Shown piece after piece: positions 1 to 11,503 of a stretch of 64,000 bases of DNA. Numbering within the stretch: the first letter of the stretch is position 1; every line of letters starts with the position of its first letter. A model generated the notes under the pieces. That model was not told where the DNA came from, did no database searches, and saw only the letters and a program-made list of their open reading frames with translations. Source of the stretch: Octopus sinensis (Eukaryota); contig NC_043022.1 in NCBI RefSeq assembly GCF_006345805.1, forward strand, positions 22,444,001 through 22,508,000, read 5' to 3'. Both the position numbers and the translations under genes were made by a program.

Positions 1-1013
1 ACACCAATCCACATACACCCGCACTCTCTCTACCGGCCCTTGAACAGAAGACACCCAGGAACGTGTGTTAATGATAATAATATGCACATGCTCTGCTACA
101 CCTTCAACAGAGGATCTCAATTAGTGTCTGCTAACATACACCCTTGCCATGAACAGTGTTATATATATTTTTGAATTTTCTTTGCCAATGGAACAACAAA
201 AAAAAAAAACAACACAACAGCTAGTACAAACACACAACACATATATAACTAAAATGATATAAATATGAACACAACACAACACACACACACATATATACAA
301 TATACACAGAGTTTTTCATCCTGTCAAAGAAATCAATTTAAAATTTAAAACTGTACACATTTTCATTTATATATTTTTTGGTGTGTGAAAGTATATATTT
401 GCATGTTTGTGAAGTCTGCTAGAACATACCTCAACAATTTAGCTGTAACGAGATTCAGAACATGGGAATAATTGAGGGTTCTTTTAAACAACAGTTCTTT
501 ACCAATAACTCTGTGATCGGGATTTTGAGAGAAAAGATTCTTCAGACAAGAATGCCATGAGGTGGAAGCTATGATGAGAAAAAAAAAAAAAAATTAATAC
601 TGAAATTTCTGTGATGAGGAAGGATGCTGTGACACTGATTCTGCGACGACAATTACATCAGCCAATGTCCGTAGCCTGATAGTAACACCGTCTTTAGGTG
701 CTCAAGTGATAAAGTGGGGTTTATATATCCTTGTCTGTGTGAGTGTGTATGTGTGTGCATATGTATCTGTGTGTGTGTGTGTGTGTGTATGTGTGTATAT
801 ATAAAGAGAGAGGGAGAGAGAATAACGCAGATAAATAAAACTGCTTGTTTATTTGCATAATTATCTCCATATCTGCTCACCTGGATTCCTCTTATAGCCA
901 CTCTTTACCCTGTGGAATTAGCCCTTGATAAAGATTTTGGAGGGTGAGTTCAAATTATCTGAGTGCTACTAAGTGTTTTCTCTATTGAGCATCTTTGGGT
1001 CTTATCTATTGAG

Positions 1014-1019
<6 letters not shown>

Positions 1020-1047
<28 letters not shown>

Positions 1048-1452
1048 CATATATATATATATATATGTGTGTGTATGTATATATTTATATATAATAATTT
1101 GTATATGTATATTTATATATATGTATGTATGTTTATATATATACATATTATGTATATTTATATATATATTATATATATATATATGTATATTTATATATAT
1201 ATACATATATATATGTTCATATTTATATATTTAAATATATATGTTTATATATGTCTATACATTTAGTTGTGTATATATATACATACATACATATATATAT
1301 ATATATATGCATGTGGATATTTGTGTGTATGTGTGTGTCTGTGTGTGTATATGAAATGCATGCACAAGTGTATTTATATCTAGGTGCATGTATGTATATA
1401 TATATTTCTAAATGTATGTGTTTGAGTTACATGAGTGTGTATGTGTGTGCTA
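1020..1452. repeat. (TG)n/(TA)n/(TATG)n compound microsatellite
   Basis: Low-complexity dinucleotide and tetranucleotide runs; the overlapping Y/I/C/V/M-rich ORFs are artefacts of it. Confidence 0.95.
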
Positions 1453-1547
1453 GATAAGCGGTGTGCCAACAAAACACTATTATATAGAAAGTAACAATGC
1501 TTCCATAAAATACATATCTTTGTTCTCTTTCAGTTGTTGTTGTTTCA

Positions 1548-1815
1548 TTACTCCTCCTGCTTTTCCCCTATCTCTCCTCTCCCATTGTTTGTTGGCCCAG
1601 TAGCCACTCTAGAGCAGCCAACATTTAATTGTTCATGTGAGAAGCATAACTCGTCCAATTGAAGTCCTATTACAGACAGTGTTTGACCCTGAGATTTATT
1701 GATACACATTGCAAAGTTGATGCAAATAGGAAATTGCACTCTTCTGAATGAAAAAGGGATTTCTGCTACCAATGGAACGAGAGGAATTCTGGGTATGAAA
1801 ACATCCTCTTATTTT
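1548..1815 (-). mobile_element. Helitron RepHel PIF1-family helicase C-terminal remnant
   Basis: Minus strand reads EDVFIPRIPLVPLVAEIPFSFRRVQFPICINFAMCINKSQGQTLSVIGLQLDELCFSHEQLNVGCSRV, matching PIF1 motifs QFP..FAMTINKSQGQT and FSHGQLYVA.SRV. Confidence 0.9.
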
Positions 1816-1819
1816 CCAC

Positions 1820-2168
1820 ATCCAGAGACTGACTTCCGTGCCGGTGGCACGTAAAAAGCACCATCCGAATTGTGGCCGATGCCAGCGCTGCCTTGGCTGG
1901 CTTCCGTGCCGGTGGCACGTAAAATGCACTAATCCGATCGTGGCCATTGCCAGCCTCACGTGGCACCTGTGCAGGTGACATGTAAAAAGCACCCACTATA
2001 CTCACGGAGTGGTTGGCATTAGGAAGGGCATCCAGCTGTAGAAACACTGCCAGCTCAGACTGGAGCCTGGTGCAGCCTTCTGGCTTCCCAGATCCCCGGT
2101 CGAACCGTCCAACCCATGCTAGCATGGAGAACGGACGTTAAACGATGATGATGATGATGATGATGATG
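1820..2168 (+). mobile_element. RTE LINE 3'-end copy with (GAT)n tail, inserted into the Helitron remnant
   Basis: Tandem GGTGGCACGTAAAAAGCAC units then ...CATGGAGAACGGACGTTAAACGATGATGATG; the same units continue from RTE coding sequence at 14995-15200 and 37258-37890. Confidence 0.85.
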
Positions 2169-2169
2169 A

Positions 2170-2482
2170 GAGAGGATGGTGGCTTCAATAACATGTGGCA
2201 TCATTTTCTTTACCACCAGGCATGTCCCATTGCAAAATGTTGGCGGATCCAGTTCCTCAATAACATTACTGGAGTTCTCACTTTAAGTTCCTCTCTGTGG
2301 GGAGGTAGTCCTGGAGGCTCCAATAAATTGAGAAATTCTGTTGGATAATTTACCACCTCTTCTGGATCTGGGATTGTATCAATTGTCTGATAGATGTGAG
2401 GACTTCGAGGAAGGTACTGAAGCAGCTGCTCATTAATTTTACTTACAGTACTGTTTTTTGGAGCCAGTATGTTCATCCACAT
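2170..2482 (-). mobile_element. Helitron PIF1 helicase central remnant
   Basis: ILAPKNSTVSKINEQLL...YPTEFLNLLEPPGLPPHREELKVRTPVMLLRN, then (frameshift) DPPTFCNGTCLVVKKMMPHVIEAT: typical PIF1/Helitron helicase segment, collinear with 1548-1815. Confidence 0.9.
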
Positions 2483-2712
2483 GGCAAGCTGGCAGAAACG
2501 TTAGCACGCTGGGCGAAATGCTTAGCGGTATTTCGTCTGCCATTACGTTGTGAGTTCAAATTCCGCCGAGGTCAACTTTGCCTTTCATCCTTTCGGGGTT
2601 GATAAATTTAAGTACCAGTTACGCACTGGGGTAGATGTAATCGACTTAATACCTATGCCTGTCCTTGTTTGTCCCCTCTATGTTTAGCCCCTTGTGGGCA
2701 ATAAAGAAATAA
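2483..2712 (+). mobile_element. tRNA-derived SINE, family A
   Basis: A/B-box-like head (GGCAGAAACGTTAGC...GAGTTCAAATTCC), central GAGGTCGACTTTGCCTTTCATCCTTTCGGGG block, tail GGGCAATAAAGAAATA; many near-identical copies in the window. Confidence 0.9.
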
Positions 2713-3264
2713 GTATGTTCATTCACACAGCCAATTGAGATTGTGATAATTTTTCAACCAATGGAGGATCTCCTCTTTGGATACATTATGTCAAGAAATA
2801 TGATGAAATAAAACAAGACAACAAATGTGCATTGATTATGAAATGACAATAAAAAGAGCTAAATAATATCAATATCTTAACAAATTTTAAGAAATACATA
2901 CAATGAACTGAAATGACACTGGTATGTTGATAATTGTCAATAAAAACATTTTTGTCCATCAGATGGCCCCGGCTGAGATAATGGTTGCTAACCCATGAAG
3001 AAGCACTAATCTAATCTTAGGTATTCTGTCGCATACTCTGACTACCTCGATTATCTTATCCACTCATTTCTCCACAAGAAGTATACCCACACCCCCAACC
3101 CCGTCAGTGTTTCCTGCTCAGAAAATCTTGTACCTGTGTTCTTTGCCTGTGAGGAACCTAGCGGAACCTCCTCTCCACCTTACTTCTTTGAGACGGCATA
3201 TATCGACACATCTCTGTTCAAGCATCTCAACAATCTCACCAGACCTACCTTTCAGGTGAAATGC

Positions 3265-3452
3265 TCAGCAGTATTTCGTCTGCTGTTACGTTCTGAGTTC
3301 AAATTCCGCCGAGGTCGACTTTGCCTTTCATCCTTTCGGGGTCGATAAATAGAGTACCAGTTACGCACTGGGGTCGATGTAATTGACTTAATCCCTTTGT
3401 CTGTCCTTGTTTGTCCCCTCTATGTTTAGCCCCTTGTGGGCAATAAAGAAAT
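3265..3452 (+). mobile_element. SINE family A, 5'-truncated
   Basis: Same central block and tail as 2483-2712. Confidence 0.85.
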
Positions 3453-3685
3453 ATATATACACTTATATATACATACATTTGTAGGTATATATATACACAT
3501 ACTATATATATGTATATACCCACACATACATATATGTATATACACACACACACATACATATATATACACACACACACATACATTTTTATATATATATATC
3601 TAATGTAGGATAAAATTTTTTTCCAAAAAAAATTTTATCAATGGCCAGCATATTAAAAAATACCTTTAAAGGTTAAATTTATAAA

Positions 3686-4103
3686 CAATTCATAAATAAG
3701 GGCAAACGAAAAAAATTCTAATGCCAAAAAATTGGACATATTGTCCATTAACCATATAATTTTTTCACAATACGCACGCTACACAAAAAAAGGTCGACAG
3801 AAATTTCTAAAAAATTCCATTATTACCATATCGGACCGATTTCAGGGTTAGCTTATAACAGCCCTCCCTTCGTCAGTGATACATGTGGCAAAAGAAATAA
3901 ATGAGATACTTACTCATACCCATGGAAGAAGCAAACACTAAGTCATGAGCACAATTAAGTACCCCAAATACATCCAAAATAGAAATAATTTTTTCGAGTA
4001 GCGTGCGTATTGTGAAAAAATTATATGGTTAATGGACAATATGTCCAATTTTTTGGCATATTTGGCATTAGAAATTTTTTCGTTTGCCCTTATTTATGAA
4101 TTG
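3686..4103. repeat. ~100-bp inverted repeat pair (3686-3782 / 3998-4103) enclosing a hammerhead motif; Penelope pseudo-LTR-like
   Basis: Left arm CAATTCATAAATAAGGGCAAACG...CAATACGCACGCTAC is the reverse complement of the right arm apart from a 9-nt indel. Confidence 0.85.
3824..3881 (-). ncRNA. Type I minimal hammerhead ribozyme (Penelope-type)
   Basis: Minus strand: UAUCA-CUGACGA-AGGG(18 nt)CCCU-GAAA-UCGG-U-CCGA-UA|UGGUA. Conserved core is intact; stems I, II and a palindromic stem III can pair; AUA triplet, predicted cut between 3829 and 3828. Confidence 0.8.
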
Positions 4104-4391
4104 TATATATATATATATGTATACATACACACAGACACAAACACACATACTAGATATACTCACCTATGTTGTAGTCTGTATATGATCACACAACTTACAA
4201 AAAATAGCAGCCAATCTTTACATTTACACTCTGTGATTGTGAAAGAATGAAGTACTCATTGGATAATGACATTCTAGATACACTATGTGTGATTGAAAGC
4301 ACAGGATGGTCATGTCTGGAACATCTTTGGCTATACACCTGCAAGAATAGCACTGACCAGTGACTGAATAACAACAACAACATCAATGGTT

Positions 4392-4667
4392 TTAGCTCTG
4401 CTTTGGAGAAACTTTGCTTGTTAGAAATTTATATCCGTTTTTAGTCATTTCAAGAAAATAATGGAGTATTTTGAGTAGACCCGTGTATTGTTTTTCTCGT
4501 GCCCACATTCCAACACCCTTCTTGTCAGCCTGTGTTTCAAACTTGATAAGATTTTCAAGATATTTGGTCTGTTTTGGATTCAGAGAGACGTTTATGTTCT
4601 CTTCAAGCTTGCTGGTCCCAGTAACTACCATTTTCTCATTGATGTTCACCTTTCTCCATAGGTAACC
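4392..4667 (-). CDS. C3orf33: C3orf33-like protein, exon 5 (last coding exon)
   Basis: Acceptor TTTTGTAG|GGT, phase 0; GYLWRKVNINEKMVVTG...LIKFETQADKKGVGMWARE resembles the recalled human C3orf33 segment NLNEEILRRG...LLKAELTALKKGEGIW; ends at a stop. Confidence 0.85.
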   Translation of the reverse strand, partial: GYLWRKVNINEKMVVTGTSKLEENINVSLNPKQTKYLENLIKFETQADKKGVGMWAREKQYTGLLKILHYFLEMTKNGYKFLTSKVSPKQS

Positions 4668-4878
4668 CTACAAAATGATAAACATCAAGAATGTAAACAA
4701 TGGTATGAACATCATGGAAGAACACACATTATAACAATGATAATAATGATGACAATGATAATGATTATACTTGATATGGGTACCACCAAATGTAGATAGA
4801 AAAAAACTGCTTTACAGACGGACCATGTACACTGCGCCTATTATTGGCTAGTTAACCTCATTTACATAGCATCTCTTC

Positions 4879-5195
4879 AGAGGGACGCAAAGTTTTGTTT
4901 GGAGACAGAGGGGCACAAAGTTTTGTTTAGGGACAGAGGGATGCAAAGTTTTGTTTAGGGACAGAGGGACGCAAAGTTTTGTTTAGGGACAGAGGGATGC
5001 AAAGTTTTGTTTGGGGACAGAGGGACAAAAAAAATGGTAATGAGGTTAAACAGGCCACAAACAAGCAAAGTTTTGTTTGGAGACATAGGGATGCAAAGTT
5101 TTGTTTGGGGACAGAGGGACGAAAATATGGAAATAAGAATGAGGAGAATTAAGCAAGTAAAGTTTTATTTGGGGACAGGAGGACGAAAATATGGG
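4879..5195. repeat. ~28-bp minisatellite (GGGACAGAGGGACGCAAAGTTTTGTTTA)n
   Basis: About five tandem copies at 4879-5027 plus degenerate copies to ~5195. Confidence 0.9.
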
Positions 5196-5559
5196 AATAA
5201 GAATGTGAATTGGAATGAGGAGAAACAAGTAATTATCTTAACGAAATTACGAGATAAAACTAAAATTAAAATTATATTTGAGGGAACATTTTCAATGTTT
5301 AGCTCATGAAAACAAGCTGTTAGTAAATAATACATTTAAAGTGTTGGTGGCGAATGAAGTATGAGGGATAGAAAGAAAAAACAATGCCAGAATAAATCAT
5401 TCTTTTATGAGAAGAGGTTCTTGTCCTTCAGCTATCTTGTCACCATTTTGGGGGAAAATGATGCTGTTAGGGATCTACCACTTTTTTCATGGCACAATGT
5501 AACCAGTTGAAAGAAAGAGTGAAAGCAAAAGAATTGACTCCAGTACTTGATAGGTAAAT

Positions 5560-5870
5560 CCAAGAACAATGCCAGCAGCAGCTGACCATTGAAAACCAAG
5601 TCTGGCAGCGCAGGCTACAGTGGTTTGACCATGTATGCAAGGTGAGCACCGCAAGACTACCACACCAACTTTTATGGCAGTAACAATCCATGCACTGGAG
5701 AACCCAGCACAGCAGACAAAGAAGACATGGGTGAAACAAATTGAGGAAGACCTGAAGTTGCTGCAATCGACTTCAAGCATGCTAAGGGCCAGCACCATGG
5801 ATTGGAAAGCATGGAATAACATCATCACCAGAGTCTGTCATCCAGTGGCACTCACAGCAGTGTACTGGGA
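5560..5870 (+). mobile_element. RTE-type LINE C-terminal remnant
   Basis: ...NPAQQTKKTWVKQIEEDLK...MDWKAW resembles the RTE C-terminal GRP.KTW...D motif; degraded. Confidence 0.55.
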
Positions 5871-6187
5871 GAGAAGACAGCAAATATATATATATTTGTG
5901 TGTGTCTATATGTATGTGTCCCGCCTCCGTCACTTGACAACTGGTGCTTGTGTGTTTACGTTCCCCTTAGTCGGCGAAAGAGACCAATAGAATAAATACC
6001 AGGCTTAAAAAAGGGAAAAATAAGTAGTGGGGTGGGGTTGGTTCATTTGAGCAAAAATTCTTCAAGGCAGTATTCCAGCATGGCCACAGTCTAATGACTG
6101 AAACAAGTAGAAATAAAAAGAAAAACCATAATATATATGAAAACAAAACAAAATCAATATAAAAGTCAACACAGAAATGAGTCTCAC

Positions 6188-6342
6188 CTTTGTGTACACA
6201 ATGCAATCAATTGATAGACCTCCATTTGAAATTCTTACTGGCTGGAACCAAATGTGTTTGTCCAATACATTCTTCAATAACCAAAGTCTACTCTGTGGAC
6301 TTATTGATAGAAATGCTAACCGAACGGGGAGGCATGGTTTGT
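6188..6342 (-). CDS. C3orf33: C3orf33-like protein, exon 4
   Basis: TTCTTCAG|AC acceptor, AAG|GTGAGA donor; (D)KPCLPVRLAFLSISPQSRLWLLKNVLDKHIWFQPVRISNGGLSIDCIVYTK; phases 1/0 fit neighbouring exons. Confidence 0.85.
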
Positions 6343-6799
6343 CTGAAGAAATAATGAGAGAAAGAAAGATTTAGCTTTAATCTTTTATTTGTTTCGGGCA
6401 TGGCTGTGTGGTTAGGGAGCTTGCTTCCCAGCTACATGGTTTCGGGTTCAGTCCCACTGCGTGGCACTTTGGGCAGGTGTCTTCCGCTATAGTCTCGAGC
6501 CGACCGGAGCTTTGTGATTGAATTCGATAGGTGGTAGTTTCTGCCGTGTGTGTATATGTGCGTGTAGGTGCTTGTGCCTCTCCGAAAGAGAGAGAGGGAG
6601 TCATTAAACTGTCGCCATGCAGAGCACCACCTTGGAGAAATCTTGAGTCAAATGAATTGATCCCAGTACTTACTTTTTTCATTTTTAAGCCTGGCACTTA
6701 TTCTATCTTTTGCTGAACTGCTAAGTCACAGGAATGTAAACACAGCAGCAATGGTTGTCAAGCAGTAGCCAGGGACCAAACACAAAGACACATACACGC

Positions 6800-7240
6800 A
6801 CATATATATTGCTGAACATTACCTTCTCTGGGTGTGCAAGGAGGGCATCTTTTAGTGTCTTGAGGAATGCATGTCTTAGCTGGCTGCTGGGTTGCAGTAA
6901 CATTGATATGCTACTTGCCTGGGGGCTTGGTGCAATGCATCATTTTTGGTTGGAGTTTGAGATTGCAGCAAACCAGGGAGTGGTCTGTGTCAGTCACCAC
7001 TCTGAAAAGACTGAGTCAGAAGCACATTCCTCAGGTATTTGTGTCTTGTAATGTTCTGATCAATTTGGTGCCAGAGCCCTGAGCGAGGGTGATGCCAGGA
7101 GACCCTGTGTTGAGCTTTAGCTTGGAAGTACTTAATAAGCAGCATGGCTAATAACAAGAGTTGCTTATTTGGATGACTGTTGACTCTTCAGAATTCATCT
7201 GTCCTTTGACAGGTCTTGTATTTAATTCTGCAGGGTGACT
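6800..7240 (-). mobile_element. RTE (BovB-like) apurinic endonuclease remnant
   Basis: YFQAKAQHRVSWHHPRSGLWHQID...DTDHSLV matches the RTE-clade endonuclease C-terminal motifs (SWRHPRS, DTDH); frameshifted. Confidence 0.75.
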
Positions 7241-7769
7241 GATGTAGCCAGTTTGAAAGTGAAAGGGTTAAATCACCTGTCAAACAAGTGCGAGGGAGCA
7301 TCAGTCTTTGATCAGTTGGCCAAGCTAGTGAGAGATGGCAACAGTCCTTAATCAACCTATCTTTGCATTTAATTATTCCATCATTGCAAGTGAGAGGTGT
7401 CGATAGTCACAGACATAGAAATATAACCAAAATTTAAAAGCATCCTTCTCTCATGTTAAAGCAAAATTTTGAGACAATGAGAGAGCCTCCACTTAACCTG
7501 ATAGAAATAGCAATTAAATTTTCCTTAAATCACACCATACCATGATAAAGAATTGGACACACTGGAAAATGTAGTTCTTTAGAGAGTCTCTAAAAAACAA
7601 GTCAGGGTGGTCATGGCTGGAATGCCTTTGAACATAAATATGCTCAATTGAGGTTAAACAATAATCATGATATCTCTTTAAGCCAAAAGAAGAAAAAAAA
7701 CATTTTCTTCTCTGGTGCATGTAACTTGCTAATCCCTTCAACACCTAATATAGAATCTTTCCCACCAAC

Positions 7770-7914
7770 CTTGATGCCATGGCAGACGGACAATTGGTTC
7801 ATGATCAATCAATAGCTTCCCTTTCTCTTCAATTTTCTTCACTCTTCCCTGGAGTGTCACATTCTTCTGGATAAACTTTAATGGCACTTCTTCCACCTTA
7901 GAGAATTTGGAAAA
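7770..7914 (-). CDS. C3orf33: C3orf33-like protein, exon 3
   Basis: TACTTCAG|TTT acceptor, CAAG|GTTGGT phase-1 donor; FSKFSKVEEVPLKFIQKNVTLQGRVKKIEEKGKLLIDHEPIVRLPWHQ resembles human KFTSSSDIPVEFIRRNVKLRGRLRRITENGLEIEHIPI. Confidence 0.9.
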
Positions 7915-8070
7915 CTGAAGTAAATAAAATATTATTATTACCATCATCATTATCACAATTGTTACTGCATGGACATTTTTTCTAACAAATTTTCGGATAG
8001 ATAAATAGATAGGTACATAGGTAGATAAGGAGATAGGTGATAGATAGGTAGATAGATAAGATAGACAGAA

Positions 8071-9470
8071 GGTGGCAAGCTGGCAGAAACGTTAGCATGC
8101 CGGGCAAAATGCTGAGCGGTATTTCGTCTGCCGCTACGTTCTGAGCTCAAATTCCGCCGAGGTCAACTTTGCCTTTCATCCTTTTGGGGTCGATAAATTA
8201 AGTACCAGTCACGCACCAGAGTCAATGTAATCGACTTAATACCTAAGCCTGTTCTTGTTTGTCCCCTCTATGTTTAGCCCCTTGTGGGTAATAAAGAAAT
8301 AGGTATTTCGTCTGCCGTTACATTCTGAGTTCAAATTCCACCGAGGTCGACTTTGCCTTTCATCCCTTTCGGGGTCGATAAATTAAGTACCAGTTATGCA
8401 CTGGGGTCAATGTAATCGATTTAATCCCTTTGTCTGTCCTTGTTTGTCCCCTCTATGTTTAGCCCCTTGTGAGCAATAAAGAAATAAGATAGACAGACAG
8501 AAAGACAAATGGATTGATTGTCCAATCAATAGTGCTTATGTGGATTTTCATATCTTCTCAAGAATCAAATGTTTCAGAAAAATATAAAATTTTCAAAATA
8601 ACCATGGAATTTCCATGGCTACAGCTAGTAGTAGTTGTTGTTGTTGTTATTGTTATTATTATTATTATTAAGGCAGTGAGTGGGCAGAATCATTAGCACA
8701 CTGGACAAAATACTTGGAGGTATTTTGTCCATCACTACGTTCTGAGTTCAAATTCCGCCAAGGTCGACTTAACCTTTCATCCTTTTGGGATCGATAAATT
8801 AAGTACGAGCGAAAAACTGGGACTGATGTAATCAACTTATCCCCTCCCCACTAAAATGGCTGCTCTTGTGGCAAAATTTAAAACTATTATTATTATTATT
8901 ATTAAGGTGGTGAGCTGGCAGAATCATTAGCACGTTGGACGAAATGCTTAGCAGTATTTCGTCCATTGCTCTGTCCCAAGTTCAAATTCCACCAAGGTCA
9001 ATTTTGCCTTTCATCCTTTTGGGGGGAGGGTCGATAAATTAAGTACCTGTTGAACATTGGGGTCAATGTAATTGATGCATCCTCTTCCCACAAAGTTGAA
9101 GCCTTGTACCTCCAGAAGTAAGGATTATTATTATTATTACTATTATTATCAATGCAGCGAGCTCACTGAACCATTAGCATGTCAGGCAGAATGCTTAGCA
9201 GCATTTTGTCTGTCTTTATGTTCTGACTTTAAATCCTGCTGATTAAGTACCAGTGAAACACTAGGTCCAATGTAATCGGCTAGACCCCTACCCCCAAATT
9301 TCAGGCCTTGTGCTTATAGTTGAAAGGAGGAGGAGGAGGATTCTTCCAGAATCATTAGCACATCAGGCGAAATTCTTAGCAGTATTTCACCTGTCACTAC
9401 ATTCTGAGTTCAAATTCCACTGAGGTCGACTTTGCCTTTCATCCTTTCAGGGTTGATAAATTAAGTAATT
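8071..9470 (+). mobile_element. Head-to-tail cluster of six family A SINE copies in C3orf33-like intron 2
   Basis: Copies start near 8071, 8302, 8670, 8905, 9150 and 9345; all on the plus strand; several separated by (ATT)n. Confidence 0.85.
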
Positions 9471-9895
9471 TAGAAGATTGATGGAAGAGTGGGTGTTAGA
9501 AGACGAGCTGTGGGGGACGCCTTGATAAAAGTTCAATTCTGCTGAGATGGATAGGTTTTCTCAAGCACAACATATCACTGTTCGTTTCAGTACCCTGTCA
9601 TCTCCACCAAGAGGCTTAGCAACTTGAGATCAGCCTTCACTGATTCATCTCAGAAAGGATTTATTTGTTTGGTATTTCTAACAGGTTAGTGGTAAGAGGA
9701 ACAGCAGTATTAAGATTTGAACTGTTGACCATGCAATTAATAATCAGTCAATGCATTAATTATAGAGCCCACAACTCTCATTGTATTTCAATTAATAGAA
9801 GAAAAAGTCATCAAAAAAACAAGTTAATTAAAGAATGAGTAAAAAAATGTATAACAATGCAGAATCGTTGGCAAATTTGATTGTGGAATACTTAC

Positions 9896-9955
9896 AGGCC
9901 TCAAACTCCGTAGACAAAGAATCACTCCAAATGTTCCTATGCAATAAATACCAGT
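9896..9955 (-). CDS. C3orf33: C3orf33-like protein, exon 2 (60 nt, hydrophobic helix)
   Basis: CTCTTCAACAG|ACT acceptor, CCT|GTAAGT donor; TGIYCIGTFGVILCLRSLRP resembles human NISTGMAIAGIMLLLRSIRL; phase 0/0. Confidence 0.9.
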
Positions 9956-10406
9956 CTGTTGAAGAGAAGAGTAAATTTTGAGTTACAATATGTTATGGGA
10001 GTGTAAAAGTGCTAGAGAGGTACAGTATCTTTGGTAGAGTTCCTATCAAAATAGCTCACCTGGTACCCAGCTCTCATGTCTCCATGAATTGTCCATATGC
10101 AACAGAGAGCAACCTCCTGGCCAATGGCATTGGTAGGTTGGGTAAATCAAGTTATTGATAGCTGATCGATTTTAAACTCCTACCTAAATTCTTTAACCCT
10201 TTTGATACCAACCCGGCCAAAACTGCCTCTGGCTCTGTAGTACAAATGTCTTGTTTTCATCAGTATCAAATTAAAATCTTGCACCAAAATCTACTTATTG
10301 CGTAGGAGGGCTTTTCAAAAGCCTGATGTCTGTGAGAAAATACATTGAAATAAAAAAAGGTGAGAGTCCTTGGTACGATACAAACGAGGGTTGCTCTGAC
10401 AGGCAT

Positions 10407-10533
10407 GCTGGCCATAAAGCACAACAGCAAAATAAAAAATTTTTTAAAAATTTCCCCGCGAAATTGGGAGGCTGGCCATAAAGCACAACAGCAAAATATA
10501 TATTTTTTTAAAATTTCCCCGCGAAATTGGGAG
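10407..10533. repeat. 64-bp tandem duplication
   Basis: GCTGGCCATAAAGCACAACAGCAAAA...TTTCCCCGCGAAATTGGGAG occurs twice in tandem. Confidence 0.9.
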
Positions 10534-11503
10534 CAGTCTGTATTTCGGAGTCAATAAAATAAGGACCAGTTGAGTAGTGAGATCCATGTATTCGGCTAGC
10601 CCTTTCCCCACCACAGTTTCAGGCCTTGTGCCTATAGTAGAAAGGATGATGATTATTATTGTTTGTTGGGTTGTTACAATTTGGGTTCAAATCCCACTGA
10701 GGTCAACTTTGCTTTCATCTTTCCAGAATCGATAAAATAAAGTATCAATCAAATACTAAGGTCGATTATATTGACTACTCCCCTCCGTTCAAAACTAGTG
10801 ACCTTGGCCTCAAATCAGAAATTATCATTATTATTTGTCTCTAGTTCTTATCGTATCATGACACAATCTCCGGGACAACCTAGTTTAGGTTTTCCGGTGA
10901 AAACAAACTAGACTTTGGCGATATATTTGATAAGAGTTTATGGACAACCATAAAATCTGAAGCCCCTTCGTCATACACCAATGACCTTAACTCTGCGGGC
11001 AGAGGGTGGACAGCGAGTTATTAATTTTGTTTATCCACCACCCCTGTCAGCACTGACCGAACAAAAGTGTTCAAGCAATGACTATCACGTCTTTTATTCA
11101 GACAGAATATACCTGGGACTATATTATCCAATCTGTCCTTCTCCACCACCATAAGATAATACGGTGTGCTTTGAAGGAAATTTAACTGATATTTTTAGCA
11201 GGTCAAGCTGCCACGCAGAGGCTTTCCGGACAGTGGCTCACAGAATAAGTGGTTTTGTCAAGGACATAGGTGATAAAAACGATCCCAAATGACAAACGAA
11301 AGCAGTTGCTCTTCGGGATACAAATATTACTCCAAATAACCATCAGAACAACATTAGAGACAACAATAAAATATAAGATATTTACATAATTCCATTTTCG
11401 GAAGTGAAACTTAACGCATAATAACAATAAATAATTCTGCAAAACAAACTAATAACCAACTTTATAAAAATAACAAATAGCTAATTATTTCAGAATATCT
11501 TAC

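Noticed and set aside
605-740. C/D-box snoRNA-like pattern (GTGATGA...CTGA...CTGA) and a Ly6/GPI-like peptide FCDEEGCCDTDSA...
   Set aside because: No convincing terminal stem or recognisable rRNA guide; the peptide frame has an upstream stop and no usable acceptor.
973-1457. Long ORFs rich in Y/I/C/V/M/H/T here and at 41550-41850, 45708-46649 and 48874-51128
   Set aside because: Translations of TA/TG/TATG microsatellites, which lack stop codons in several frames.
4879-5195. CRISPR-like array
   Set aside because: Contiguous tandem units without unique spacers, in a eukaryotic intron with no cas genes.
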